A program made the position numbers and the translations under genes. DNA of 63,976 nt, filler included, from Octopus bimaculoides (Eukaryota): the NCBI RefSeq assembly GCF_001194135.2. It is 6 parts of 5 records of this genome, joined end to end, with 100 filler letters (N's around TTAATTAATTAA, not from the genome) between each part and the next. Parts side by side here need not be neighbours in the genome. Positions count along the whole stretch, not along the records: positions 1 to 21,713 come from NC_068983.1; 5 more parts are not named here. One strand, written 5' to 3'. Of this stretch, positions 1 through 11,766 are shown one piece after another. Every line of letters starts with the position of its first letter. The stretch's first letter is position 1. The notes below the pieces were generated by a model, which was not told the origin of the DNA, made no database searches, and was given only the letters and a program-made list of their open reading frames with translations.

Positions 1-282
1 ATAAACAAACAAAAAGGCTGTACAGCCAGACGTGAAGTGTGTATGTCTTGAACGCTGTGAAGCACGTACAGGAGGGGCAAAGAAGTACGTGCGAGCTTGG
101 TGATTCCAAGAACGAAAAGAAATAGCAGCCGGACACACGTGACCAAGGCTGTGTGAAGACAAAGAGTAGCAGAGGGAAAAGGAGGGGAGATATATATATA
201 TATATATACACACACACACCTACCCATGTATATATGTATGTATATAGGTATATATCTTTGTATATATATAAGTATGTATCAT

Positions 283-430
283 GTGATAGATGGTAGAATG
301 AATGCAGAGATGTACCAAAATATTTTGAACAATAATTTATGGGACTCTGTAGAAAAGCTCCAGCTTTGTGAAGGGTGGGTTTTACAACAGGATAACGACT
401 CTAAGCACACGGCAAAGTCTATCAAAAACG
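283..430 (+). mobile_element. Tc1-family transposase fragment (second catalytic Asp region)
   Basis: Translates VIDGRMNAEMYQNILNNNLWDSVEKLQLCEGWVLQQDNDSKHTAKSIKN, matching the Tc1 pattern 'G.MN...Y..IL...L......L......FQQDNDPKHT'. Flanked by TA-rich microsatellite. Confidence 0.8.
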
Positions 431-1200
431 GAATATTTATTTCCCCCCACTGTATACTTATATATATGTATAAATATTTATATATGTATGTACATATATA
501 TTTATATATGTATAAATATTTATATATTTATATGTACATATATATATATATATATANNNNNNNNNNNNNNNNNNNNNNNNNNNNNNNNNNNNNNNNNNNN
601 NNNNNNNNNNNNNNNNNNNNNNNNNNNNNNNNNNNNNNNNNNNNNNNNNNNNNNNNACAAGACAAACAACATAAAGAACGATCCTTCATCAGTTGTTGGC
701 TGTTTTCCTACTTTCATATTTCGAGCATTTAACGACAGTATGCATTTTCGAGTTAACAGTTGCTCCTGCAAAGCCAATTAAATAAAATTTGGGGTTTTGT
801 GGAGGATCAAAGTTGGTAATGCAAAGAGGAAGGGCAGCTAAGCCTAAACGAGTTTGTGGTGGTGAACGCATAAATGAAGCTTGGACAGGAGACAGACAAG
901 AACATGTCTTCCTTGTTCCAGCTACAATGGAGAGAAAGAAACACATATTAGGAAGAGAAAGAAAGATGGCTGATGGTCACGTGGGAGCCATGTGAACAAG
1001 GGAAGAGTGAGGGAGAGAGAGATTAACAGTGTAATAGTATAGTGAGAGAAGAGGAGGTAAAAGAATAGGGGAAAGAAAATAGAAAAAAATAGATTGAATA
1101 AAAAGATTGTATAAAGTGCGCATCAGAATTATTAAGATAAAACTTACTTGGAAGTGGATGCGTGGTGTTCAATGATATAACAATATAAATAATACATATA

Positions 1201-1338
1201 TATCATCATCATCATCGTTTAACGTCCGCTTTCCATGCTAGCATGGGTTGGACGATTTGACTGAGGACTGGTGAAACCGGATGGCAACACCAGGCTCCAG
1301 TCTAATTTGGCAGAGTTTCTACAGCTGGATGCCCTTCC
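1201..1338 (-). mobile_element. RTE-clade LINE 3' terminus
   Basis: Reverse complement ends ...GCATGGAAAGCGGACGTTAAACGATGATGATGATGA, the same tail as the 2282-2872 copy that is attached to an RTE ORF end. Confidence 0.8.
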
Positions 1339-1989
1339 TATATATATATATTTACATTTATATGCATATATACATACGTATATGTACATACATCTATATG
1401 TATGTATATATACATATGTAGTCACCAGACGTCATGAAACATATACAATGAAAAAATACAAAGTACGAGTACATGGAATACGGACTATTTTTTGAACAGC
1501 GAAAGACACAATTGAAAAACAAGACAAACAACATAAAAAAACGACCTTTCATCAGTTGTTAGCTCTTTTTCTACTCTCGTATTTCAAGCATTTAACAACA
1601 ATATACGCTTTCAATAAAACAGTTGCTCCTGTAAAGCAAATTAAATAAAATTTGGGGTTTTGCGGAGGGTGAAGGGTTGTTCTTTATGTTGTTATCTTGT
1701 TTTCTGTTTGTGTCTTTGTTGTTTGAAAAAGTAGTTCATATTCCATGTACTTTGTATGTTTTTGTTGTACACATTTCATGAGGTCCTGTGCCCACATATG
1801 CATATATGTAGATGTATATATGGATATATATGTTTATATATGCATATATATATATATATTCTTTATATTATGTATATGTATATATATATATATGTATGTG
1901 GGAGAATATACAAATAATAACAACAGACGAGGACAGGTGGTGTAAATAACAAAAGTATATATTAGTATGACGCTCGGGAATACGGAAAG

Positions 1990-2026
1990 TCTTTGACGTT
2001 TCGAGCTACGCTCTTCAACAGAAAGA
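1990..2026 (-). ncRNA. Minimal type I hammerhead-ribozyme-like motif (variant core)
   Basis: Minus strand reads TCTTT-CTGTTGA-A-GAGC-GTA-GCTC-GAAA-CGTC-AAAGA: 5-bp helix I, 4-bp helix II, palindromic ACGU helix III, GUC cleavage triplet. Core has A6 to U. Confidence 0.5.
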
Positions 2027-2099
2027 ATACGGAGACAAGGAGAAAAACACGGAGAAAAAAAAATTGAATGGTGTTCAGTCAACGGTCAATCATAATAAT

Positions 2100-2135
<36 letters not shown>

Positions 2136-2281
2136 TTCCCTTTGCAAATATTGATAGGGCACAAAAATGTGTGTCAGTAGCCAGCTGGAGATGGCTATTG
2201 ACACACTTCCGGGTTCACATGCTACAGTAGCATCAACCCTTAAGCGTTAGTCATGTTTAAGTGGCAAATATACTTCATGCT

Positions 2282-2872
2282 CCTTTGGAAATATGCTGTG
2301 TGTGAAAAGACCTGGCAAGCCAATTGAGACCTAAATCTAAGGCCTCAGCCAGCCGACTTATGCGTACCTTCCTTCATTGGACACTAAACTCCGCTTGCGA
2401 AGACCTGTTGAGGCAAGTGAAATCAAAATTGAATTAAATTCGATGACTGGCACCCATGCCAACGTCGTCTCCTTCATTGGACATGTAACTCGGCTTGCAA
2501 AGACCTGTTGGGGCAAGCGAAAGCGAAATCGTCATGGCACCTGTGCCCAGCATCGCCTTCCTGGCGCGTGTAAAGACATTCGAGCGAGATCGTTGCCAGT
2601 ACCCCCGAACTGGCTCCTGTGCAAGTGGCACATAAAATACACCATTTTGAGCGTGGCCGTTGCCAGTACCACCTGACTGGCCTTCGTGCCGGTGTCACAT
2701 AAAAGCACCCACTACACTCTCGGAGTGGTTGCCGTTAGGAAGGGCATCCAGCTGTAGAAACTCTGCCAAAACAGATTGGAGCCTAGTGTAGCCATCTGGT
2801 TTCACCAGTCCTCAGTCAAATGGTCCAACCCATGCTAGCATGGAAAGTGGACGTTAAACGAAGATAATGGTG
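2282..2872 (+). mobile_element. RTE-clade LINE 3' portion (ORF end plus 3' UTR)
   Basis: Begins with LWKYAVCEKTWQAN*, then a 3' UTR with an internal duplication (CCTTCCTTCATTGGACA...GAAGACCTGTTG twice) and the shared GGACGTTAAACGA tail. Confidence 0.8.
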
Positions 2873-3527
2873 ATATATATATATATGTATATGTANNNNN
2901 NNNNNNNNNNNNNNNNNNNNNNNNNNNNNNNNNNNNNNNNNNNNNNNNNNNNNNNNNNNNNNNNNNNNNNNNNNNNNNNNNNNNNNNNNNNNNNNNNNNN
3001 NNNNNNNNNNNNNNNNNNNNNNNNNNNNNNNNNNNNNNNNNNNNNNNNNNNNNNNNNNNNNNNNNNNNNNNNNNNNNNNNNNNNNNNNNNNNNNNNNNNN
3101 NNNNNNNNNNNNNNNNNNNNNNNNNNNNNNNNNNNNNNNNNNNNNNNNNNNNNNNNNNNNNNNNNNNNNNNNNNNNNNNNNNNNNNNNNNNNNNNNNNNN
3201 NNNNNNNNNNNNNNNNNNNNNNNNNNNNNNNNNNNNNNNNNNNNNNNNNNNNNNNNNNNNNNNNNNNNNNNNNNNNNNNNNNNNNNNNNNNNNNNNNNNN
3301 NNNNNNNNNNNNNNNNNNNNNNNNNNNNNNNNNNNNNNNNNNNNNNNNNNNNNNNNNNNNNNNNNNNNNNNNNNNNNNNNNNNNNNNNNNNNNNNNNNNN
3401 NNNNNNNNNNNNNNNNNNNNNNNNNNNNNNNNNNNNNNNNNNNNNNNNNNNNNNNNNNNNNNNNNNNNNNNNNNNNNNNNNNNNNNNNNNNNNNNNNNNN
3501 NNNNNNNNNNNNNNNNNNNNNNNNNNN

Positions 3528-4140
3528 GCACAGGTGCCATCACGATTTCGCTTTCGCTTGCCCCAACAGGTCTTCGCAAGTGGAGTTTAGTGTCCAATGA
3601 AGGAAAGGTACGCATAAGTGGGCTGGCTACACCCCCGGCAGAGGCCTTGCATTTAGGTCTCACTTGGCTTGCCGGGTCTTCTCACGCACAGTATATTTCC
3701 AAAGGTCTCAGTCAGAAGTCATCGCCTCGGTGAGGCCCAATGTTCGAAGGTCGTGCCTCACCACCTCATCCCAGGTCTTCCTGGGCCTACCTCTTCCACA
3801 GGTTCCCTCAACTGCTAGGGTGTGGCACTTTTTCACACAGCTATCCTCGTCGATTCTCGCCACATGACCATACCAATGCAATCGTCTCTCTTGCACACAA
3901 CTGATGCTTCTTAGGTTCAACTTTTCTCTCAAGGTACTTACACTCTGTCTAGTATGCACACTGACATTACACATCCATCGGAGCATACTGGCTTCATTCC
4001 TTGCGAGCCTACGCAAGTCTTCAGCAGTCACGGCCCATGTTTCACTGCCATGAAGCATGGTTGTTTGTACACATGCGTCATACAGTCTGCCTTTTACTCT
4101 GAGAGAGAGACCCTTTGTCACCAGCAGAGGTAGAGGTGCA
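3528..4140 (-). mobile_element. RTE-clade LINE, C-terminal reverse-transcriptase ORF fragment and 3' UTR
   Basis: PLLVTKGLSLRVKGRLYDACVQTTMLHGSETWAV...RRLHWYGHVARIDEDSCVKK...GRGRPRKTWDEVVRHDL. The HGSETW, L.W.GHV.R and RGRP..TW motifs are RTE C-terminal signatures. Confidence 0.9.
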
Positions 4141-4580
4141 TATATGTATATAATGTGTGTGTGTGTATACACACATACAGAGAAAAAGTTGATAATTTTT
4201 GTTCTATAGATGTAAATAGCATTTAATGTCCATTTAATGTAAATAGCATTTAATGGCTTGGACATTTTGACAGGAGATGATGGGTCTAAAGACTGCATCA
4301 TGATTTTATAATTTTCTTAAATTAACATGCCATTAAGGAAAAGGAAAGGCATATTGTGTGGAGATAACGGAAACATTTGTGGACATGTGTTTTTGTCTCA
4401 GTAGGCGTCATCAGTATGGCAATTGTCTAACCTTATCTCCAGTGACCAAAGGACTTAGACACATATAAAAAGAGTTGAAGACATTTATAGCTTATGTAAT
4501 TTGTTTAAAACAAAAATAGGCTTAGAGAAATACACACACACACACACACACTCTGAAATGTATTTATATATATATATATG

Positions 4581-4652
<72 letters not shown>

Positions 4653-5089
4653 TAAAATTGTCAAGGTATCCTTCATTTGGTGCAGCACATGTGCAGAATC
4701 AAAACTTAGTTGAACGTCTCATTAATACAGTAGTGTTTTAGCAAAGCCAGGTAATACAGTACCTTTTATCACAATCTTTTCAACCAATCAAACTAATTGC
4801 TGATCTTTTCTACATTATTTACTACACAATGAATCATTCTCTGAATAATGAATGTACATATTTACACACACTCTCATACAGTCAGATCTATATTTACAGC
4901 CAGTCACACTGAGGCATATTGCTACACAAAAACACAGCTATACTGTACACAAAAAAACACAGCTATGCCGTGCATAGGACCATACATACACTTATCTTTA
5001 TAAGTGTGTATGTGTGGGGTCCATTAGTCATTATTATTATCAATTGCTATACATTTTATGAATAAAAATAAATTGACAGTATCTTTCTT

Positions 5090-5314
5090 TTATCTTTTAC
5101 TTGTTTCTGTTTGGTCTGTGGCCATGCTGGGGCACTGCCTTGAAGAATTTTTAGTTGAATGTATCGACCCCAATACTTAGTTTTTCTAAGTGTGATACTT
5201 ATTCTATCAGTGTCTTTTGTTGAACCGCTGAGTTACGGAGATATAAACACATCAGTGCCGGTTGTCAAGCAGTGGTAGGGGTACGAACACAGACACAAAG
5301 ACACACACACATAG

Positions 5315-5365
<51 letters not shown>

Positions 5366-5530
5366 AAACAAATGATGGGCTTCTTTCAGTTTTCGTTTAC
5401 CAAATCCACTAACAATGCTTTGGTCAGTCCGAGGCTATAGTAGAAAATACTTGCCCAAAATGCCATGCAGTGGGACTGAACCCAGACCTATGTGTTTGGG
5501 AAGCAAGCTTCTTACCACACAACCACACCT
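5090..5530 (-). mobile_element. tRNA-derived SINE (older, diverged copy)
   Basis: Colinear with the 41797-42195 copy in reverse, including the internal CA/TA microsatellite. Confidence 0.8.
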
Positions 5531-6660
5531 TATATTTTCCAGAAGTTAAATCGTTATTAAAAATATTTGTACAAAATATGACAGTAGTATTAGTTTTTGC
5601 TGGAAATAATAGTACTGTCACTGTTTCTAGGTTTCTCTGAACTGTTTGGTTATTTTTCTGTCTTCTTTTTGAAAAGGGGAACTCTTTACTCTGGTATCTT
5701 ATAGGGTCATTTAAACAATTTAAGTGAAATAATACAATGATATACCTATAATATGCAGATCAACTACAAAAGTAACTTTGAAAAGATTTCTTTGTCCTTA
5801 TCTTTTACAATTATGATCAAGCAGTAATTACTCAACTGTTCCTAATCAAAAGAACATTCTTAGGCATGAGGCACTGCCGTTTCCATTTCTATCTCTGGGT
5901 CCCTGGGAAGATGAAAGCTCAGTTCTGCTAGCTAATACATTGTAGAATGCTTTTACCATTTGGTAAAATGCCATAGAAAACTGTGTCTCTTATATAACTT
6001 TTAGTTTGTTTGCAATGATAAACTGCATCTCTTATGTCCTCTATTTCTTGAGAAATGGACTGTTTATATATTCCAGGTCTAGATTTTGTTCAGTTCTCCT
6101 CTTTGACTACAAATCTTCATTGTTTTTTGATATTAAACTCCTCTTTTTGTGTAGAGATCTTTGAAAAAAAATGCTACTTGTTTTCCTCCTTGTCTACATG
6201 TGCATATTGTTCTTTGAAGCTATTGTTCTGTTATTATCTGTCCTTCAACAATTCCAGCATTCTTCCAAATTTTTTTTTTTTATCAATGATGTTTATTCAT
6301 CAAACTGTGGAAATAAACTTGAGATATTTTTGTATTAAAATAGTTTATATTTCAATGTTCTCTTGTGCCAGACTAAATCAGTTGACATTTTAGATAACCT
6401 CTGCCCTGAAGTTGGGGTTGATATAATGTTTTGTAATAGGTGTAATTTATTTGGTGCTAAAAGAGTTAAAACGTCTAGACATATTGAGATGGCAACATGC
6501 CAAGTTTTGTTTGGTTTGTAAAAGCTTCAACTATTCCTACATTGAGATAATTTTATGAGGTATGTATGCTTTTGATGTGTTTGTCAAAAGTAAAAGTGGT
6601 AATTAATGGATTTGAGAATAGATAAACAGGTTTACAGATTAATTGACCTGCACAGCTTAA

Positions 6661-6870
6661 CCCTTTAGCATTTAAACCGGCCATATCCGGCCAAAAGTAT
6701 TCTGCCTGTTTTGTGTTCAAACTGGCCAGATCTGGTCTCTCACACCAACCCTACAATATTGTTTTAAAAATTAACAGCTACCTCATCAAAATCTCATAGC
6801 TACAAGATAATGCAAAACAATGTGGATGAAAAAGCATTAATTTTGGCAGAATAATGTGAACACTAAAGGG
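6661..6870 (+). mobile_element. piggyBac-type non-autonomous MITE
   Basis: TTAA (6657-6660), then CCCTTTAGCATT ... AACACTAAAGGG, then TTAA (6871-6874). TTAA duplication and CCC-starting terminal inverted repeats; no ORF. Confidence 0.75.
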
Positions 6871-7989
6871 TTAATGACTAACTAGCATGTTTTGAATTTA
6901 TAAAATTATGATCAATAATCCAATCTCAGAACCTCAACATCTCTGAAATGATCAACTTTAAGAACTTTCATTAGATGCAATCATATTATCACATACTTTA
7001 TCGCCTGTTTTTAAATGCTAGTACAAGTTTGGTTAGTTAACCCTTTTGAAAAGTTATTTTTCAATTGGGATCAAGTAAAGATGATTTTGTGATAAAAGGA
7101 ATGTCAATAAAATGGAAGCTTAGAATCTCATTTTAAGTGATCTTTATTTCCCTTCTTTGACCAAGTTTTTAATGGAGTCCCATCAAGTTCTTAAAGACTG
7201 GTTCTTTTGGAAGATAGTTTAAAAGGCTCCGAGTGAGATGATTACTACATTTATCATCACCATAAGCCACATTAAATAAAGAAAAGGCTTGAGAATGGAT
7301 GCTTGTTGTAGGTTATACAAGAAATGTCAATTTATATATTTAGCTTTCTTGTATCAAAAACATTAAATAAACTTGGTGTATTTAGAATAGAGGAAAATTT
7401 ATTATATTCATATGCATATGCATGCAGTTTTAGACAGGCGAGTGATACAAATACACTTATAGCTTATGAAAAGAAGAGAATTTTATGGAAAGATTTCCTG
7501 TGAAGGAATAAAGATATCAAACTCTTCTCTATTTCGTCTTTTTTAACTAGCATTTATTGTGATGTTTAACAGGCTAAATTACTTTTAAGTATTATTAAGT
7601 ATTACAATCCCTGCATATTGTATATCTGCATGACAGATATGTGCACACGAAGTGGTTGATACTTTGCTCTTCTTATAAACAATTATATAAAGTGTTGACA
7701 CACTATGAGTTTGATTAAATGAAAGACAAGGATCATAGTAACTTCTATAGACAACAAAAGATGGAAAATACCATTACAAGCAGAGAAGAATTCAAATGTG
7801 AGTGAAGAAAATGAACTGTGAAACAAAAATCGAAGTTCGAAAACTGAGAAATTATTACCAAGTTTGGTGTATTTGTTTGATGCAGTCAAGTTTTTGGAAA
7901 TTACCATGAACAATGTCTGTTTATTTTTATATCTTATATGGAATGAACTGGGTTATAGTTTTTATAGCCGTTTGTTGAATACTGGCAAT

Positions 7990-8090
7990 TGCAGTGGTAG
8001 TAGCAACCCATAGAACTGCTGGATACTGGGGCAGATGTATCTTGGATTTCAAAAATTTCATAGGATACTTGAAGATGCAAATAAACACCA
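7990..8090 (+). mobile_element. Possible LTR-retrotransposon aspartic protease relic
   Basis: In-frame QPIELLDTGADVSWISK surrounded by stop codons; matches the retropepsin LLDTGA motif. No RT or integrase nearby. Confidence 0.45.
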
Positions 8091-9445
8091 TTCATCATCA
8101 CTGGATCATGGACCAGATGCATTTTGGATCTTTTACACCTGGAGTTCTATCTCATCATAGCCTCACAAGTTGGGATAGTGATATTGAGGTCCTTGTGTTG
8201 TAGGTGCTATGTTGGAGCGTCCCTTGACGGATGACCTAACAAAGCTAATGATTTCCATCTGGCTGGATTCTGAGTCAGAACTGTCCCTCTTTTAGGCTGG
8301 TTGCCAACCAAATCTGATGAGACCAGCCTATTTCTCTGGAATTTCTAGATTGTTGCTGAGCCAAAGCTATGGTCATCTATCCTTTTGACAAGTATTGTTT
8401 CTATTCTACTGAGTTTCTAGCAACCCTCCTCTCCATTTAACTTGGTGGAGAGATGCCAGTTTAGTCACCATTGACCTAACCATGCTACAAACAGTTGTGA
8501 TACATGTTAACAGGTAAGAGACCTAATGATTCCTTTGAAGAACTTTTGCTCAAAAATGGCTTTTTTTGGTTTGGTCATGCACTTTTTTATCTTGTCCATG
8601 AAGCAGTCATCTCATTCTCTCTCAGGATGGCATAGCTTTTTAAAATATTCTTACACATGCATATTAAATATTTTTTGATTATGTAAGCTTTTCATTTAAT
8701 GTGACACACAACAAAATTTTTAGTATTTTATGCTAAAAGCATTAAATTGTGATATCTTGTATTTGTAATAATGGATCAAAGGCAGGAAACTGAAATAGGA
8801 AATGGAGTGAGGGGTGACTGGACAGTTCGTTGGTTTGTGTAACCAAGATAGAGAGGAGGCACTAGTTTACATTTGGAGTGAGCTAACTGCAGTGGTTCTA
8901 TATTAGAATTAGAATTTTTGGTCAACTTTTCCATTTCATGGAACATTTGTAATATAGTATTTTACAATCAAAAGTTAAACAATTATTTTTCAAACACTTA
9001 ATGTCTTTTCTTTTTGTCTTTGATAGTATGTGAATAGGTTTTTATTGCTTTATAATTTTTTTTTCAATGTGGTCAAGTAGTAGAAATGATAGTGTCATAA
9101 TAAATGTCTTGCAGTATTTAGTCAAGTCCATTTACATTCTGGATATCCATCTTGCTGAAGTTAATATTGTCTTTCATCTTGCTGCAATCAATGAAAAGAA
9201 TACCATTGGTTAAGTACTGGAATCAATTTAGTTGACTATACTCAATCTGTACAAACTTGTGATCTTGTACCTATTAAAGAAATCATTATTTTTCAATAAT
9301 ATGATGTATTGTTTCAAAACTCTGTCATATTTTTTAAGGTATTTTTAGATTTGCTTTTCATATGTCTTACCTATCTTTCACATAAATGTTTCTTTTTCAT
9401 TTTGTCTTCAGCAGGTAAAAAGCTTTAAATATAAGCTGTATCCTG

Positions 9446-10507
9446 ATGGAGACATCAGTCAGCAATACTTCTTGGGAAGATGAAGCAAAGTCAGATGAAG
9501 CTTCTTCCAGTGAAGAAAGTGAACATGACAACAAGAGTGATTTTGGAGAAGAGGAAGAAGAGGAGGAGGAAGAAGAAAGCAGGGATGAGGATGCATCTGA
9601 CGGTATGATACAAGACAATGCCTCTGATGGTATGGTACAAGACAATGCCTCTGATGGTATGGTACAAGACAATGCCTCTGATGGTATGATACAAGACAAT
9701 GCCTCTGATGGTATGGTACAAGATAATACCTCTGATGGTATGATACAAGACAATGCGTCTGATAGTGTGATACAAGACAATGCATCTGATGGTATGATAC
9801 AAGACAATGTGTCGCTTTCAAAAGATATCGAGGATAATGTACCTGAGGAAAATGCATCAGCTGATGATAAGATCTTGTTTGATAACAGTGACAATGCTGA
9901 CACAAGTTGTGAGAAAGATGATGATAGTTTTGCTGAGGATAATGAAGAATTAGATGATGTAAAAAAAAAGGGAGCTACGGATGTAGGTAATAATTCGTCA
10001 GATGTTTTCAATGAAGCTGAAGTAACTGAGTGTAATGAAGAAAAACAAGATGTAGATGATCCTAATACTGATGAAGTTGAACAAAATAATTTAGCTGATT
10101 CAAGCAATGAAGAAGGATTTGGTGGGAATTCTTCAAATGAAAATTTGTCTGAGTCAGAGCTTAAAGCAACATCATCAGTACCTACATCTAGCAATGATAA
10201 GGATAATGATGTTAAAGAAGTTGTTGAAAATTTAAAGCAAACTGAACCTAATTTTGATACGGAGAATGAGCAAAATGCTAATGAAGACAGTGTAAAAATT
10301 AGTCCAATTGAACACAGATTAAGTGAGAAGAGAATAGTTAAAATCCGTGATAGTGGTAGTCTTCCACAACCATCTCTATCAGAAGAACACGTGGAGTTGG
10401 ATTACGATGAAGAAGATATGGAAGAAACATCGGCAAGAACAGTTTCTATGGAAGTAAAAACTGACAAGGAGGAAAAAGATGAAGGAGAATGGGATAAAGA
10501 GAAAAAG
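9446..10507 (+). CDS. ZC3H18: Zinc finger CCCH domain-containing protein 18, first coding exon (acidic N-terminal region)
   Basis: Acceptor TTTTGTCTTCAG/CAG at 9410-9414, ATG at 9446, 354 D/E-rich codons, donor AAG|GTAAGA at 10507. Identity comes from the downstream exons; this exon itself is low-complexity. Confidence 0.8.
9587..9802 (+). repeat. In-frame 27-bp coding minisatellite, 8 copies (DNASDGM[I/V]Q)
   Basis: Unit GACAATGCCTCTGATGGTATG(A/G)TACAA read directly; 8 x 27 = 216 bp. Confidence 0.95.
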
Positions 10508-10887
10508 GTAAGACCAGATTGTTTTTCATTTTCTAATCAGTCACAAGACAACAAATTAGTCTTTGGGCTATTTGTGAGCAAAGAGGTGGAGGGGTTAGGT
10601 GAATGAGTTCTTTTAATAGAGAAGGTTAGGGCAGTTGAGCATCAGATTAAAGGTTTTCATTTTGTAAGTCCTCACTGATCTAAGATCAACTCTAGAATGT
10701 AATATTGAATAATGAAAAGTATCACTTCAATATCTTGTTGATTTGAAGCATCCATAGAAATTGTCCTAAAAATTTGCTGTTGCTAGGCTTTTAGCTAGCA
10801 TATATGTATGTATACATGAACATATGTATATGAATATGTTTGTGTGCCCTGTGTGTGTGTGTATTTATACACATACATATATGTGAG

Positions 10888-11233
10888 TATCATCATCATC
10901 GTTTAACGTCCGCTTTCCATGCTAGCATGGGTTGGACGATTTGACTGAGGACTGGTGAAACCAGATGGCAACACCAGGCTCCAGTCTGATTTGGCAGAGT
11001 TTCTACAGCTGGATGCCCTTCCTAACGCCAACCACTCAGAGAGTGTAGTGGGTGCTTTTACGTGTCACCCGCACGAAAACGGCCATGCTCGAAATGGTGT
11101 CTTTTATGTGCCACCCGCACAAGCCAGTCCAGGGGCACTGGCAACGATCTCGCTCGAAAATCCTACGGGAGCCAGTCAGGCGGTACTGGCAACGGCCACG
11201 CTCAAAATGGTGCATCTCATGTGCCACCCGCAC
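10888..11233 (-). mobile_element. RTE-clade LINE 3' UTR fragment in ZC3H18 intron
   Basis: CATCATCATCGTTTAACGTCCGCTTTCCATGCTAGCATGGG... followed by GTGCCACC/GGCAACGA modules; runs into an N gap. Confidence 0.85.
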
Positions 11234-11355
11234 NNNNNNNNNNNNNNNNNNNNNNNNNNNNNNNNNNNNNNNNNNNNNNNNNNNNNNNNNNNNNNNNNNN
11301 NNNNNNNNNNNNNNNNNNNNNNNNNNNNNNNNNNNNNNNNNNNNNNNNNNNNNNN

Positions 11356-11390
<35 letters not shown>

Positions 11391-11724
11391 CCATAATATT
11401 AGTGCCAAGCAGTGTTTAGGTTAGTTAAATATGTTTGTGACATATTTCTAGAGTTGTAAATCTTTCTGGATATTGAAGAAAATACAAATTATTTTTTAAT
11501 TGTTATGAGGTAGCTATAAATATTATTTTCTGTTATTGATATCTATTCTAAGCATAAATTTATCTTTGTTTTATTTTTATATCATTTACTGATTTCTTTT
11601 TTTTTTTTTACAACTTGGTTAAAAAGCTCCTCTCTTATTTTTATAATTAATCTCCATTGTTTTATTCAATGTGTTTATATATTTGCAACATTAAATTGTA
11701 AACAATCTTGGCTTTACTTTGAAG

Positions 11725-11766
11725 GAGGCTGTGTTATCAGATAGAGATGATGGAGAAGTGGATGAT
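11725..11766 (+). CDS. ZC3H18: ZC3H18 coding exon 2 (EAVLSDRDDGEVDD)
   Basis: TTACTTTGAAG acceptor, GTAAGT donor, 42 nt, phase 0/0, joins in frame. Confidence 0.8.

Larger units (their letters stand above)
656..2100. repeat. Cluster of non-coding dispersed repeats, probably Penelope-like-element derived
   Basis: A unit of about 150 bp at 656-805 recurs at 1519-1668 and, reversed, near 57590-57800. The cluster has an internal inverted repeat and a hammerhead-like motif at 1990-2026. The Penelope link is inferred from that motif. Confidence 0.55.

Noticed and set aside
671-760. CUGAUGA-containing hammerhead on the minus strand
   Set aside because: The core is present but there is no helix II followed by GAAA, and no convincing permuted topology.
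9397-10194. Antisense 265-aa ORF opposite ZC3H18 exon 1
   Set aside because: A shadow frame of a low-complexity, repeat-containing sense exon.
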